This document shows positions 47,380 to 60,043 of a stretch of 64,000 nucleotides of DNA, piece after piece. The stretch's first letter is position 1; every line of letters begins with the position of its first letter. A model generated the notes under the pieces. The model was not told the origin of the DNA. It worked only from the letters and a program-made list of their open reading frames with translations, and made no database searches. The stretch comes from Cladosporium halotolerans. Lineage: Eukaryota. Both the position numbers and the translations under genes were made by a program. The DNA lies in contig NW_027191459.1 of assembly GCF_011745625.1 (NCBI RefSeq), positions 186,001 through 250,000 of the forward strand. The letters are read 5' to 3'.

Positions 47380-50300
47380 ATGGTCGACCCGGCCAAGCAG
47401 AAACGGGATGAGTTTATCATGGATACCAATAATAGCTCCATTGTCTCGAAGCGGTCCGTAGAGAAGCTTTACTACGCAAACGAGCCTCAATACTTCCAAG
47501 AGTTCACGGGCAAGTTTAAGCGTCGCTCGCCCTTGATCAACCGAGGGTACTGGCTTCGAATGCGAGCCATCGAACACACTGTCCAAAAGTTTCTCGAAGA
47601 GCCAAGTGGCAAGAAGAAATTGGTCGTCAATTTAGGATGCGGATAGTATGTATGTGACCAGGCGATGCGTTTTAATGGCGTCGTTGCAAAAAACAGGGCA
47701 CTGACTCCCAGACAGCGACCCATTGCCATGGCTTTTCCTTGGGAAGATCCCTGAGATCTGCAATGACGCCGTCTTCGTCGATGTCGATTACCCTCAGTTG
47801 ATGCTTAAAAAGCATGCCATGATCGACAGGTCCGATGCCCTCAAAGCTGTTTTACCCGGGCTTGAGAAGACAGACAAAGCCTCAGGCCTCCTCTGTCACA
47901 GCGCCCATTACACCGCCATCGGCTGCGATCTGCGTAACCTAGACTTCCTCAAGCTCGTCTTGCAGGAACACCTCGATGCTGAAGCCTGCTCGGTCGCTAT
48001 ACTCTTTGTCGCTGAGGTTTCGACAGCTTATATGCCCACCGATGGCTCGCAAGCTGTACTAGAATGGGCAGCCGGCTACGACGACGCGCGCTTCTGTCTG
48101 CTCGAACAGCATATTCCGGATGGCCGCGACCATCCTTTCGCGCAGACAATGTTGAAGCACTTCGACAAGCTACGCACGCCTTTACACGCTATCGGCACCA
48201 TCGACCAGATGAAGGACCGCTTCTCCAACGCCGGCTGGCCTGCGGACGGCCTGAACATCAAGCCCCTATGGGACCTCTGGTCAGACCCATTCTTCCTGAG
48301 CCCCGAACAGCGGCGAGCCCTAGACGAAATCGAGCCCTTCGACGAGTGGGAAGAATTCGCTCTATTCGGCTCGCACTACTTCCTCATGGTAGCCACCAAG
48401 CCCGCACCTCCATCTCCGGCGTCGCCTTCTCCTCCCACACAACTCACCCTCCCAACTCCAACGCCCCTAACCGCCATCCCTCTCCCGAAACCCCACTCCC
48501 ACCGGCGCTTCGCCTCCCTCCTCCCACCCGCAATCCCACCCCCCGCTTTCCCAAGCCTCGCCGAAATCCTCCCTCCCACCTCCGCCCCTCAAACTTCCAT
48601 CGCCCTGCACGCCGGCCTCGGAACGAACGAGCGCATCACCACCACAGCGACTTACACCAACTCTCCGGCCACCAACACCATACCCGGACCTCCCCTCTCC
48701 GCAGGCCTAATGTGCCACACCATAACCCCCCTCCCGCGCTCCGCAGACTGCCTGCTCGTCGGCGGCCGCGCGTCGCCCGCCCAGGCTTCCGCGGCTTGCT
48801 GGCTGCGCCGCAACGGTGTTTGGGAAAAAGCGGCGGATTTGCCGGAGGGGCGGTATAGGCATAATGCTGTTCCTGTCGTTGGAGCTGAGGGAGATGCTCG
48901 GGTTTTGGTCTATGGCGGCAAGGATAGCCGGGGGGATGTGCTGGACGAGGGTTTGCTTTGGACGGCTGGGGAGGGATGGAAGAGAGTTGAGGAAGGCGGG
49001 GATGGGAGACCCAGGGCGCGGTTTGGAGCGGTGCTTACCGTTGATGGCGAGGAGGGGTGTAAGGGGCTGTTGATTGGTGGGATGGGGAGTGATGGGTGTG
49101 TTTTGGGGGATGAGTGGGAGTGGAAGTTGGAGGGGGGAAAGTTGGTTTGGACGAGCAGGGAGGCGAGGGCGGATGGGACGAGGTATAGGTTTGGAGCGCA
49201 GGTGACGAAGATTGGAGAGGAGGCGGTGCTTGTTGGTGGCATTGTGGGAAAGGGTATGCTGGGAAGGGAGGATGAGGTTGTTGGGTTGGAGAGTGGGCGG
49301 AGGTATCCGTTGGTTGGTGAGAGGCCCATGCTGGTGGGGCATAGCATGCATGGACAGCTGGTGCTGGGTGGAGGAGCGACGTGCTTCTCGTTTGGAACTT
49401 ATTGGAGCGCGAGCAGTGTTTTGCGACTGCAGTCCGAGGGAAATGAAGAGACGCATTGGCGGCTCCAGGAAGAGCCAGAAAGCCCAAAAATCGCCAAACA
49501 ACCCACCGAGATCCCGATCGAACGCCTCACCCTTACCGACGAAAAAACCTTCGACCACATCCGCACAACCAACAAACCCGCCGTCCTGACCAACCTCGAC
49601 CTCGGCCCCTGCGTCACCAAATGGACCCCCGAATACCTCAAGCAAACCCTCGGCCCGGACCTCCCAGTCATCGTCCACGCCTCCCCCACCCCCAAAATGT
49701 CCTTCACCAGCAAAAACTTCACCTACGAAACCCAGCCCCTCTCCACCTTCCTCGACGCCATCGCCACCGGCGCCCACCTCTACCTGCGCTCCCTCTCCGC
49801 CACCTCCCCCTCCAAAACCCCCACCAACCTCGCAACCGACTTCCCCGCCCTCGCCCCGGACTTCTCCCTCCCGCCCTCCCTCTCCTCCGCCTCCACCAAC
49901 GCCCACAGCGCCCCGCTCCGCATCGCCGGCCCCGTCGCCATGTGGCTGCACTACGACGTCATGGCCAACGTCCTCTGCCAGATCCGCGGCCGCAAGCGCC
50001 TCCTCCTCTTCCCGCCCGCCGACGTGACAAAGCTGCACTTCGCGCCCGGCGCCTCCTCGTCCGCCCTCGACGTCTTCGCCGCCAGCACCGCCTGCGACCC
50101 GGCCCTCGCCTCTTGCAGCCCGCACGTCGCGGACCTGAGCCCGGGAGACGTGCTCTACATCCCGCCCCTGTGGCTGCACGCGGCGGTGCCGCTGGGCGGC
50201 GGCGCGGCGGAGCCGAGCGTGGGCGTGAATGTGTTTTTTCGGAGCTTGGAAGGCGGCTACGCGGCGGGGAGGGATGTCTATGGGAATAGGGATTTGGCGG

Positions 50301-50428
50301 CGTATGAGAAGGGGCGGAAGGATGTGGGGATGATCGCGAGGGCGTTTAGGGGGTTGCCGGTGGAGGTGCGGAGGTTTTACTTGGAGAGGTTGGCGGGGGA
50401 GTTGGGGGATTTGGCGAGGGGGGAGTAG
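47380..50428 (+). CDS. PPM2: tRNA wybutosine-synthesizing protein 4 (LCM methyltransferase plus Kelch-like repeats) fused to a C-terminal JmjC (TYW5-like) domain
   Basis: TNNSSIVSKRSVE, RRSPLINRGYWLR, VVNLGCGYD (intron 47646-47715), DVDYP, EPFDEWEEF, GGGATCFSFGTYW. JmjC block WLHYDVMANVLCQIRGRK..PGDVLYIPPLWLH..GVNVFF. An alternative in-frame ATG lies at 47314. Confidence 0.92.
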
Positions 50429-52547
50429 GGGTGGTGATGGAGGAGGGAGCTGGCTGAGGGGGGTGGGTGCGGAAGAGAGGGTGTGGTGGGAAATGAGAGG
50501 GGTGTTGGAGCTGGTGGATGGGATGGTGTGCTGGAGATTGGGGGATTGAGAGGGACGGTGGGGGTTTTGTTTGAGCGAGGTGAAGTTGACACGGGAGTCG
50601 GAGGGGCGTTTCTTCCAGTGGAGAGTCAGTTGTGGAGGGAGAGATGTGAAATGGACGACAAGAAGAGTGTTACAAGAGTCGAGAAAATCATCACGAGATT
50701 CTAGACGTCTTCTACCGACGTGGCCTATTTTCGGTCAATTGTGAGCTCATGAGAGGCGAGGAAGACTTTTCGCCTTCGTGAAAAAAAAAGAAAAGCCAAC
50801 TGCACAATCGCCTCAAGTAATAGCAATAATGAACTGCTACTCATCCTTGAGCTCCCACCTCGTCAAGCTATCCCCATTGCTCGACCCCAGCAAATCTGCA
50901 AGACAGCGGAGTCTTCCCCCGGTCGGAGGTCGATTGCTGCAAGCTTGACGCACGCTGGCCGGAGCAGAGTACCTGGTACCTCCGCGATCGAGGCCATCAC
51001 GTACAGCTGGTGTGTCAGCAGAGGTCGGGATTCTGGGGAAGACGTTTGCACGACGGCACGCTAGTGCCTCGATCTGCGGCGCCCCAGGCCAAGGTGAAGC
51101 GGGAGGGTAGTTTATCGAGAGGCGATCGCGGCGTTGCGTGCAGGCGCTTGCCGTTTTGTCACGATGGGACTTTTGTTTTGCTGAGTGAGAAAGGGTTTTG
51201 TAATAGCCGTGTACATCGTAGTCACCTTCCAGAACGGTCGCCTCGTTCCATGGCGTGAGGGAAGGCGGTACGAGATACCTGCACAGCAGTCCGACGATGG
51301 CCGTGCGCAGCTGTGAGGCTCTGCGCCTATTCTAGCGTGCGGAGAGAGGCGGTCCCGCAGGCAGGGCGTTGAGGCCGGGCTGCACGGTGAATTTTAGCTG
51401 CGTTTGGCCATGCGACGACAGGCTTGTTGGCCAAGCACGGCGGCACAGATGTCATGGCGCGTTAGCACTCCGGCGTCCCTCACACCATCATGGCGGACGG
51501 CGGCGATTGACGATTGCTGCGCCGGGCGAGTTATCATCAAGCAGTGTGATAGGGATCGGTGATGAGGCTGTGGTCAGCGTGCTAGCGCGGACGACCTTGA
51601 CAGACGGCTCATGGGTAGCTGTGCGATGTACACGGGAGCTGTCGAGGTGCCGGCCGCGGCGGGGCAGCTGGCTGCTCCTTGTCGTCAGTAGATGGTGCTG
51701 TTTCGCGGCGGACGAGGCGACGCCGGCCGAGACGGCGGTGCATGTAGGTCTGGTCGCATTCGGCGGCTACCGGCGAGTTGGGGCGCGTTCGGCTGGCAGA
51801 GCCGGGGCTCAGTCTGGCTGGATGTGACGGGGTGCAGCAGGCTGTGACTGTCTGTGTCGTGTGTGGGACGGGCGTGCGACGCTGCGGCTCCGGCCCATGG
51901 CGAGCGCGAGCTGGGGCCGCGGCCGGCCAATCCGCGCGCGCGCTACTGCACCTTATCTCGGCGAGCCGCTAGGGTGCGGGGGAGCAGGGCGGGCGTCGAT
52001 GCACGTTGAAGCGATGGAGGCGCCCGCGGCCTGGGGAGCCTGAGGGCCTGGGTGTGTGGTCAGTCTGCCTCAAGCTGCCCACGCCGTTTGGCCCCCGCCG
52101 CCGCCCTGCGTGCCCTGTTGCCGCATCCTCCCACCCCCAAGACGCACGCCTATCAACCCGCCTGAGGCCTGCGGTGCCGCCGTCCATGCTTTCGTGCCCT
52201 CTTCCAACTCGACAACCCGTGCAGTCCCAGACCACCTTCCACTCCCATACCACTCCCTCCCCATTCAACCTTGCTCCGCTGTCTCGCTTGATACCCCAAC
52301 TCTCACGTCCCTTCCCTCTTCGGCCGCCTGCGCCGCGTCATGTAAACACATCCAACCGGCTGCATTCCAACTGTCTCACATCCCGCCGCCCGTCTTTTCG
52401 GCTTCACGCCTGATAACCACCACCACCACCCATCGCCCAGCGCCCAAATACTACTCCACCTCTGCCATCCGTCCCTCCGCGCGATCACGCGACCCATTGG
52501 CCTCACGACTCGCGGCTCAACCCTCAGCGTGTCGCGCCTTGCATGTA

Positions 52548-54891
52548 ATGGCCACCATCCTCGCTCGCCCAGCTCCGCTGCCCGGCCGCAGCACCCCTCC
52601 ACCCGCCCACCTCAGCATCAACACCTCTCAACGAGGCACGCCCGCCGCCGTGCCCAACAAACACATCCCGCACTGCTCGCCTGGTCCGCGACCGAGCCCG
52701 CGCCAGCTCGATACCCCGCCATCCTCGCCGCCCTCCGCGACTCAGGTCGTCGAGACAACATCCCTCCTCCACCCGCCCACATCCTTCCCCAAGCACAGCA
52801 GCGAGCCGGGCCTCTACAATATCTCCGCCGCCCTGCTAGTCCAGGCGCTCGACCACCTCGCCACACAACCGCTCCCCTCCACGAAGCAAGTGTTCCCGTG
52901 GCTGCACGGCTTGCACGCCGATAACCAGTTACAACTCGCCTTCTTCACGGCCCGCAAGAAGTCTCTCCGCCGCACGCCGAAATGCGTCCGCGGCATCACC
53001 ATCGTCAAGGCCGGCGGCGACCTCTCTCACAGCAAGCTGAAGGGCGCCGTCGCCCCAGACGAGATCCTGAAATGTGATTCTGGCGATTGGCGTGCCGATA
53101 GTGACGAGGGTGATTTCCTGGACATCGACCCGAAAGAAGGTTTCAGCGTGCGGAACTTCCAGATCCAAGCTTGTAAGATGGCGACGGTGAGCGATGTCGT
53201 GGTCTACGGAGACGACAAGACGCCCCGGTCCGAGGTGGAGAAGGTGGCGAAGAGGATCTCGAGAGCGCAGGCGCTCTGGCAGAGGAAGATCGAGGGCACT
53301 TCGCCGGTGGAGGGGGAGAAGTCGTTTAATACTTTTGTGGTGGCTGGTGAGTGGCGAAATATCCAGTGATGCGATCCGAGAAATTGCTGACCTCGAATAG
53401 ACCCGTACACGAACATCGAAACCGACCACCCGGATATCATCGCGCTCGACTCCGAGGGCTGCATGACTGGCAAGGTCATGGATTTCTTTCACTGGGAGCG
53501 CTTCGAGATGTGCTCCATGACGAAGCCCTCTCAGATTTCCCACAACGTCTGGATGGGCCCGACGCCAGACCCCGGACTGCAAGCGATCGCTGATTTCCGA
53601 GGCGACAACGAGCCCGAGTTTGATATAATGATCGAAGCGAGCGATCTCGCGCAAATTCCTGACGCCAAAGCGTTCAAGCTTCTCGACGACCTTCTCGACG
53701 GGAAGATCCAATCAGAGCTGACAGATGTGGCGATCCCGCAATTGGAGTTCCCAGGCTCAGGCGCGATCATGCCGCCGACATGGTCGCACTCGGAGGTCGA
53801 CGGCCTCGTCGACATCTGCTCCTGGATGTACCGACAAGCCCACAGCAAATTCGACGACAAAGCCCGAAGGGACAGCAAACTGTCCCTCGGCGCGGAAATC
53901 GACGACGACGGAGACACAGCCATGGGCCAAGAAGGCGCCGGCAGGAAGATCCTCATCCACTGCACAGACGGCTACACCGAGTCGTCGCTCCTCGCGCTCG
54001 CGTACTACATGTACGCCGAGTACGCGCCGGTGCACGAGGCGTGGCTGAAGCTGCACAAGGAGAAGAAGCGCAACTTTTTCGCGTACGGCTCGGACGTCGC
54101 CCTGCTCCGCGCGATCCAGCCTAGGCTGCTGCAGTCGTCGCCGAAGCACAACGGCGACATCCAGGCGTTGTGCCCGCCCGTCCCGAACTGGTTGGAGAAG
54201 ATGGACGGCAGCCTGCCTAGCCGCATTCTGCCCTACATGTACCTGGGCAACCTGGGCCACGCCGATAACCCAGAGCTCCTGCAGGAGCTCGGCATCGGCC
54301 AGGTGCTCAGCGTCGGCGAGCCTGTGACGTGGGAGAAAGAGATCATGGCCCGCTGGCCGAAGGAGAACCTGCTCTTCGTCGACAAGGTGCAAGACAACGG
54401 TGTCGACCCGCTGACGGAAGAGTTCGGTCGGTGCCTGGAATTTATCGGTGAGTCTAATCCCAAACCCTTCCCCAAACAGCAGCATCCCGCTAACTTCTCC
54501 GTTTCCTTAGAACGCGGCCGCCGCAACAACACCGCGACCCTCGTGCACTGCCGCGTCGGCGTCTCGCGCTCCGCGACAATCTGCATCGCCGAGGTCATGA
54601 ACGAGCTCGGCCTGTCCCTGCCGCGCGCCTACTGCTTCGTGCGCGCCCGCAGGCTGAACGTCATCATCCAGCCGCACTTGAGGTTCTCGTAAGCGCCCGT
54701 CCCTCCCCCCTCTCAAGACTGCACATCCGAACAAGGTCGCTGACGCTCTCTTTTCTTGCAGCTACGAACTCCTCAAATGGGAGGAATTCCAGTGCCAGCG
54801 CCGCGGCCGCCCGCTGCGCCGCGAGATGGAGTGGGCGCACATCGCGCGCGAGATCGCGGCGATGAACAAGCCTTATTCCAGGCAGGGGTGA
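52548..54891 (+). CDS. PPS1: Dual-specificity protein phosphatase Pps1-like
   Basis: VFPWLHGLH, FSVRNFQIQ, first (degenerate) domain HCTDGYTESS, LPSRILPYMYLGNL, catalytic VHCRVGVSRSA, RARRLNVIIQP. Introns 53347-53400, 54448-54510 and 54689-54761. Confidence 0.92.
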
Positions 54892-55891
54892 GTGGTGAGA
54901 GAGGGCGATGCGCATTCGCCGTTTTGTACGAGTTTTGAAAGCTGGAGGCCTTGAAAAGGAGGCTGTTGATGTGAGACGATCTACGACGACTAAGACCCCT
55001 TTGCTTTTTTGCGCTTTTTCTTTCTCTTCGATCATGACTTTTTCCTTTTCTTTTGTTTTATTCGGATGCGTTTTTCTCATGGGTTTGGGTTGCGATGCGA
55101 CGGCAGCTACATCGATTCGATTTGGGACTGTTTTTGTCTGGCACTCACTACTGTCTTTTTTGCTCGGTTGCGAATCGAGATCGAAGAGAAAGAAGGAGGA
55201 CGATCGGGGCTGGGAGATCAAGGTGTCTGATCTAGGCCTCTGATTGCCCCTCTCTTCGATATTTTTTTTCAGGGCGAGTATGCGCGCGCAGGTCTCGCTT
55301 GTATTCAGAACGGATGGGAACTAGATTTTCGACGTCCTTGTTGTTTGTCTGTTCCTTCTCATCCGCGCCTTCCACATTTATCGTCGTCGTTCTCGTCCTC
55401 GTCTTGTGCGCAAGCATTCGAGCGCTTTGCCTTAGAACAATCTGGGTCAGGATACGACTTTCTCGTAGATGCACGTGAGTCGCACGTGAGCTGTCTCTTG
55501 GTCTCTTGTCGCCCGCCCGCCCGCGAGGAATTTCCCCTTCGAGCTCTCGGAGACCGGTTGCGTCGCTGCTGGACCCTTGCTGCTGGCTCCGTTGCCGGCT
55601 GCCGCGGCCCAGCCCTCCCAAAAATTGTCTGGGTTATCTTATCGGGCGCTTGCAGAGGGGTGGGCCAGCGGCGTGTGGAGGCGGCGGCGTCGGAGCGTAA
55701 GGTGGTTCTTGGGGTATGTCATAGTTTCGGGGCAGGATGGGGATGGGATGGGATGAGTAGACAGTAATAGTAAGGTACCTTACTTACGTTTTCACCGCCA
55801 CCTACATACTTGCAGTACAATCATTCTCTAAATCCGAGTTTCTTCACATACATCTATTTTACACCACCGTCTGGACCACGCAGACAAAACC

Positions 55892-56781
55892 ATGTCCCCC
55901 CCGCTCCGCATCGCCGTCCTCGAATGCGACACGCCCATCGGCCGCACGAAAGAGAAGTACGGCGGGTACGGCAACCTGTTCAAAGAGCTGCTGCAGAACG
56001 GCGCGCAGGCCGTGCGGGAGAAGGATGGGACCGCTGTGCCCGAGCTGGATGTTCGGAAGTACGACGTCGTGAACGACGAGATCTACCCGGAGCTGGAGGG
56101 CGTGGATGCCGTGTTGCTTAGTGGGAGTCGTGAGTTTTTGGCCGTGCGTGCGATTTGGGAGGGCGAGCAATGGCGCTGACGGAGGAGCGAACGAACAGGG
56201 CACAACTCGTTCGACGACGAGATCTGGATTCTGAAGCTGGTCGAGTTCACGAAGAAGGTGCTGGCGCAGGACCGCGTGCGGCTGATCGGAGTCTGCTTCG
56301 GGCACCAGATTATCGGGCGCGCGCTGGAGCAGGAGGTCGGGAGGAGCGATAGGGGCTGGGAAGTGAGCGTGACGCCTATGGAGCTGACGGAGAAGGGGAG
56401 GGAGTTGTTTGGCGTGCAGGAGGTGGTGAGTTGGGCCCTGGCCTACCGCTTTTGCGAGTCTGGATGGGAGACGCTGACGCTCGTGTTTTACAGGCGATTC
56501 ACCAAATGCACCGCGACGTCGTCTACACCTACCCGCCGTCCGTCGAGCCGCTGGGCCACTCGCCGCGCTGCGATGTCCAGGGCATGTACGAGAAGAAGCG
56601 CCTGATAACCGTGCAAGGGCACCCTGAGTTCAACGGGGACATCGTGTCGGAGCTGTTGGATTCGAGGCACGAGAAGGGCATTTTCGACGATGGCACGTAT
56701 AAGGATGGCATGGAGAGGGTGCGGAAGCATCACGATGGCGTGGCGGTTTCGGCTGCGTTCATTCGGTTTATGATGGAGTAG
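55892..56781 (+). CDS. Class I glutamine amidotransferase-like protein (YLR126C-like)
   Basis: LRIAVLECD, nucleophile GVCFGHQ, GWEVSV, QMHRD, QGHPEF. Introns 56130-56198 and 56426-56493. Confidence 0.92.
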
Positions 56782-57295
56782 GTAGATGGATCGATTTGGC
56801 ATATGGCGATATAGACGCATTGAATCTAAGCATGATAGACTTGTTTGATATGCCGTACGAGTTCGTGATCCAGTGATTGGGGGTATCGCGTAGCCGTGCA
56901 GAATGCGTAACAGGGGCCAATATCGCCGACCTGCCTATTCCTGCAAGGCGCTGCACGCTATACTGACTGATCTTTAGGCGTGCATAGGGTAGCATCAGAC
57001 CGGGCTGGGTTTTCCAGAACAAGACCAATCGCCGGGCGAGTTGCTGACCCCGGAGTCAGTGGGGAGACTCGGAGACAGCCACCGGGTGGAAGATCGCCGT
57101 TGAGCTTGCGTGGCGACGGGCTTGTTGTGTCGCCAGCCCTGCGGATCAGCAACTTTGTCCGTCTCGACTCTTCGTCCTCTTCTCCCACCCACTTCAACGT
57201 GTAAATCACTCGCTTCAAGGCTGGACCATGATGCGCTTGTCACCACAACATCTGGCCCCGATCACCGAATAAAACCCCCCACCCGACCGCTCGCA

Positions 57296-59458
57296 ATGGG
57301 CAAGCACAGCTACGGCGTGATCCTCGACGCAGGCTCCTCCGGAACCCGAGTCTACGTCTACCGCTGGAAGAACGCCGCGAGCGCGCGCGCCTCCGCCTCG
57401 CCGGACGAACTCGACCGCCTGCCCAAAATCCACACGGACAAGAAATGGCGCAAGAAAGTGCACCCGGGCGTGTCGACCTTCGGCTCCAGGCCCGAGGACG
57501 TCGGCCCGGAGCACCTGGCGGAGCTGGTCGAGTTCGCGCTCGACATCGTGCCCGCGGACGAGGTGGCCAACACGCCCATCTTCCTGCTCGCGACGGCGGG
57601 CATGCGCCTGCTGCCGGACGAGCAGCGCGCGCTGGTGCTCGACAACGTGTGCGGGTACTTCAGGGAGAACACGGGCTTTCAGCTGCCGGACTGCGACTTG
57701 CACGTGCAGGTGATCCCGGGCGAGACGGAGGGGTTGTATGGCTGGATCGCGGCAAACTACCTGCTGGGAGGGTTTGATGCGCCGGAGGATCATGCGCACG
57801 GCGGTGGACATCACACGTATGGGTTTTTGGACATGGGCGGGGCGTCGGCGCAGATTGCGTTTGCGCCGAATGCGACGGAGACGGAGAAGCATGCGGAGGA
57901 TCTGAAGTTGCTGCGGTTAAGGAAGGTCAATGGTGAGAATTTAGAGCACAAGGTGTTCGTGACGACTTGGTTGGGTTTTGGAGCGAATGAGGCGAGGAGA
58001 CGCTACGTGGAAGAGCTGTTGGAGGCATACCCGGGCAGCAAAGAGTTGCCGGACCCGTGTCTGCCTGTGGGATTGATGGTCACGACTTCTGGGGAGGAAC
58101 TGGATTCCGACTCGCCTGCTCTTATTGGAAACGACCCGCATCTCGTCGGAACTGGAAAGTTCGCAGAATGCCTCAAACGGACATATCCTTTACTGGAGAA
58201 AGACGTTCCTTGCCTGGATGAGCCATGCCTGCTCAACGGCATACATACTCCTGCCATTGACTTCAACGTCAATCACTTCGTTGGAGTTTCCGAGTACTGG
58301 CACACAACGCATGAGATATTCGCCATGGCGCACAAGGACAAAGCTTACGACTTCCAAACTTACCAGAAGCAAGTCACGGAGCTCTGTTCCCGGGGGTGGG
58401 ATGATATCGAGGAGGACATTGAGGACAGGAAGTGGGGCAAGAAGGTGGACGAGAAGACCGTCGAAGAAGTCTGCTTCAAAGCAAGCTGGCTGATCAACAT
58501 GCTCCACGACGGCATAGGCGTCCCACGAGTCGGCCTAGAAACCGGCAAAGAAATCAGCGACGGAACCAACACAACCCACTCCGTAATCGACAACGCCAAA
58601 GACCGCGGCTTCCTCGACCCCTTCCAAGCCATCGACAAAATCGACGGCACCGAAGTCAGCTGGACGCTCGGCAAAATGGTCCTCTACGCCTCCTCCCAAA
58701 TGCCCGCAGCCGAAGAAGAGGAAGACAAGGCCCTCGCCGTCGGTTTCGGCACCAACACCCCCGGCCTCCCCGACTTCCAATACCCCTCCATCCGCCTGCC
58801 ATCCCCCACCACCAACGACACAACCGCCACAACCCAAGACTGGCACTCCCGCCTGCTCTCCTCCTCCTACTCCCGCCGCGGCCCCGGCATCCTCATCTTC
58901 CTCCTCATCCTCGCCCTCGCCGCCTACCTCCTCTGCGGCCGCGACCGCCGCGCAACCCTGCTTTCCAAACTCCGCCGCTCCTCCAGCGGCCCCACAAAAC
59001 GCCCTGGCGGCAAACCCTCCACCTCCCTCGCCTCAAAACTCTTCGGCTCCTCCTCCTCCTCCTCAGGCCCAGCCTATGAGCGCGTCCTCGAAGCCGGCGG
59101 CAGCCGCGCCTCGGACTCGGACTCCGACTTCGAGCTCGCGTCCCTGACCTCGCTCGACGACCCGCAGCGCACGGGCCGCACGTCCGGCTGGGCGACGCCC
59201 GCGAACCGCGCGCTGTCGCCGGATTTCGCGCGCGGCAGCCCCAAGCACAAGGGCGGGGGCTACTTTGACGTTCCCGCTGGGGCCAGCGGGGCTGCGGGAG
59301 AGCAGGGGCTGGGCATCACGGCGTTTGAGAGGGGGGGTTTGGTGGGGAGGACGGAGAGTAGGGAGAAGTTGTCTGCTGCTGGTTTGGGTGCTGGGGGTGG
59401 GGGGAGGAGGAGTCGGACGCCGGGGAGCGGGAGGGCGGGGAAGGAGAGTGTGGAGTGA
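57296..59458 (+). CDS. YND1: Golgi apyrase (GDA1/CD39 nucleoside phosphatase) with a C-terminal TM helix
   Basis: Apyrase conserved regions DAGSSGTR, ATAGMR, GETEGLYGW, DMGGASAQ, SWTLG; GVSEYW; TM ILIFLLILALAAYLLC followed by a cytosolic tail. Intronless. Confidence 0.93.
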   Translation: MGKHSYGVILDAGSSGTRVYVYRWKNAASARASASPDELDRLPKIHTDKKWRKKVHPGVSTFGSRPEDVGPEHLAELVEFALDIVPADEVANTPIFLLATAGMRLLPDEQRALVLDNVCGYFRENTGFQLPDCDLHVQVIPGETEGLYGWIAANYLLGGFDAPEDHAHGGGHHTYGFLDMGGASAQIAFAPNATETEKHAEDLKLLRLRKVNGENLEHKVFVTTWLGFGANEARRRYVEELLEAYPGSKELPDPCLPVGLMVTTSGEELDSDSPALIGNDPHLVGTGKFAECLKRTYPLLEKDVPCLDEPCLLNGIHTPAIDFNVNHFVGVSEYWHTTHEIFAMAHKDKAYDFQTYQKQVTELCSRGWDDIEEDIEDRKWGKKVDEKTVEEVCFKASWLINMLHDGIGVPRVGLETGKEISDGTNTTHSVIDNAKDRGFLDPFQAIDKIDGTEVSWTLGKMVLYASSQMPAAEEEEDKALAVGFGTNTPGLPDFQYPSIRLPSPTTNDTTATTQDWHSRLLSSSYSRRGPGILIFLLILALAAYLLCGRDRRATLLSKLRRSSSGPTKRPGGKPSTSLASKLFGSSSSSSGPAYERVLEAGGSRASDSDSDFELASLTSLDDPQRTGRTSGWATPANRALSPDFARGSPKHKGGGYFDVPAGASGAAGEQGLGITAFERGGLVGRTESREKLSAAGLGAGGGGRRSRTPGSGRAGKESVE

Positions 59459-60043
59459 TGTTTTTTTTTTTGAGTGGGGATGGGATGGGTGAGTTTGCTT
59501 TGCTTTGGTTTGAGCGATGGCGTTGGTGGGGTTTTGGGTTTGGCATTTGCATTCTGGTTTATTCTTGCTTTGCTCCGGGTGCATCGTTGAGAAAGGAATA
59601 CAGTGTTCGACAGGGTAGCTAGCATTACTACTACAGTATACACGCACGGCGGTGTGCTGAGACCTCGCATCACAGAACCGGCAATGTGTCACGTGCCCAA
59701 GAAAGTGAATCTCCAAGTTCGATCGTCTGATGTGTTGCTCTATTGCCAGCTGTATGTTTATGGTATAACTCTATCGTACGCAAGGCCCCCCTTCCTTCTC
59801 TAGCAGCAAACTTCTACACGCAATAAACAAGACAGAAGGAGAAGCATGTGTAAAACACCTCGGGGGTATATCATCAATGCCGAACGTAATGTGTACCAAG
59901 GGAAAAAGATGGGATCGGTGGATCCCTCGTCTGAAGGTCTAGGATTTCGAGGCGTGGTCGCAGACCGCTCGCCTCGACTCCGGTGGCTCTCTCCAAAGAA
60001 AGCCGGATCAAGATCTCTGAGAAGACTAAAAGAGTCCATTCTC

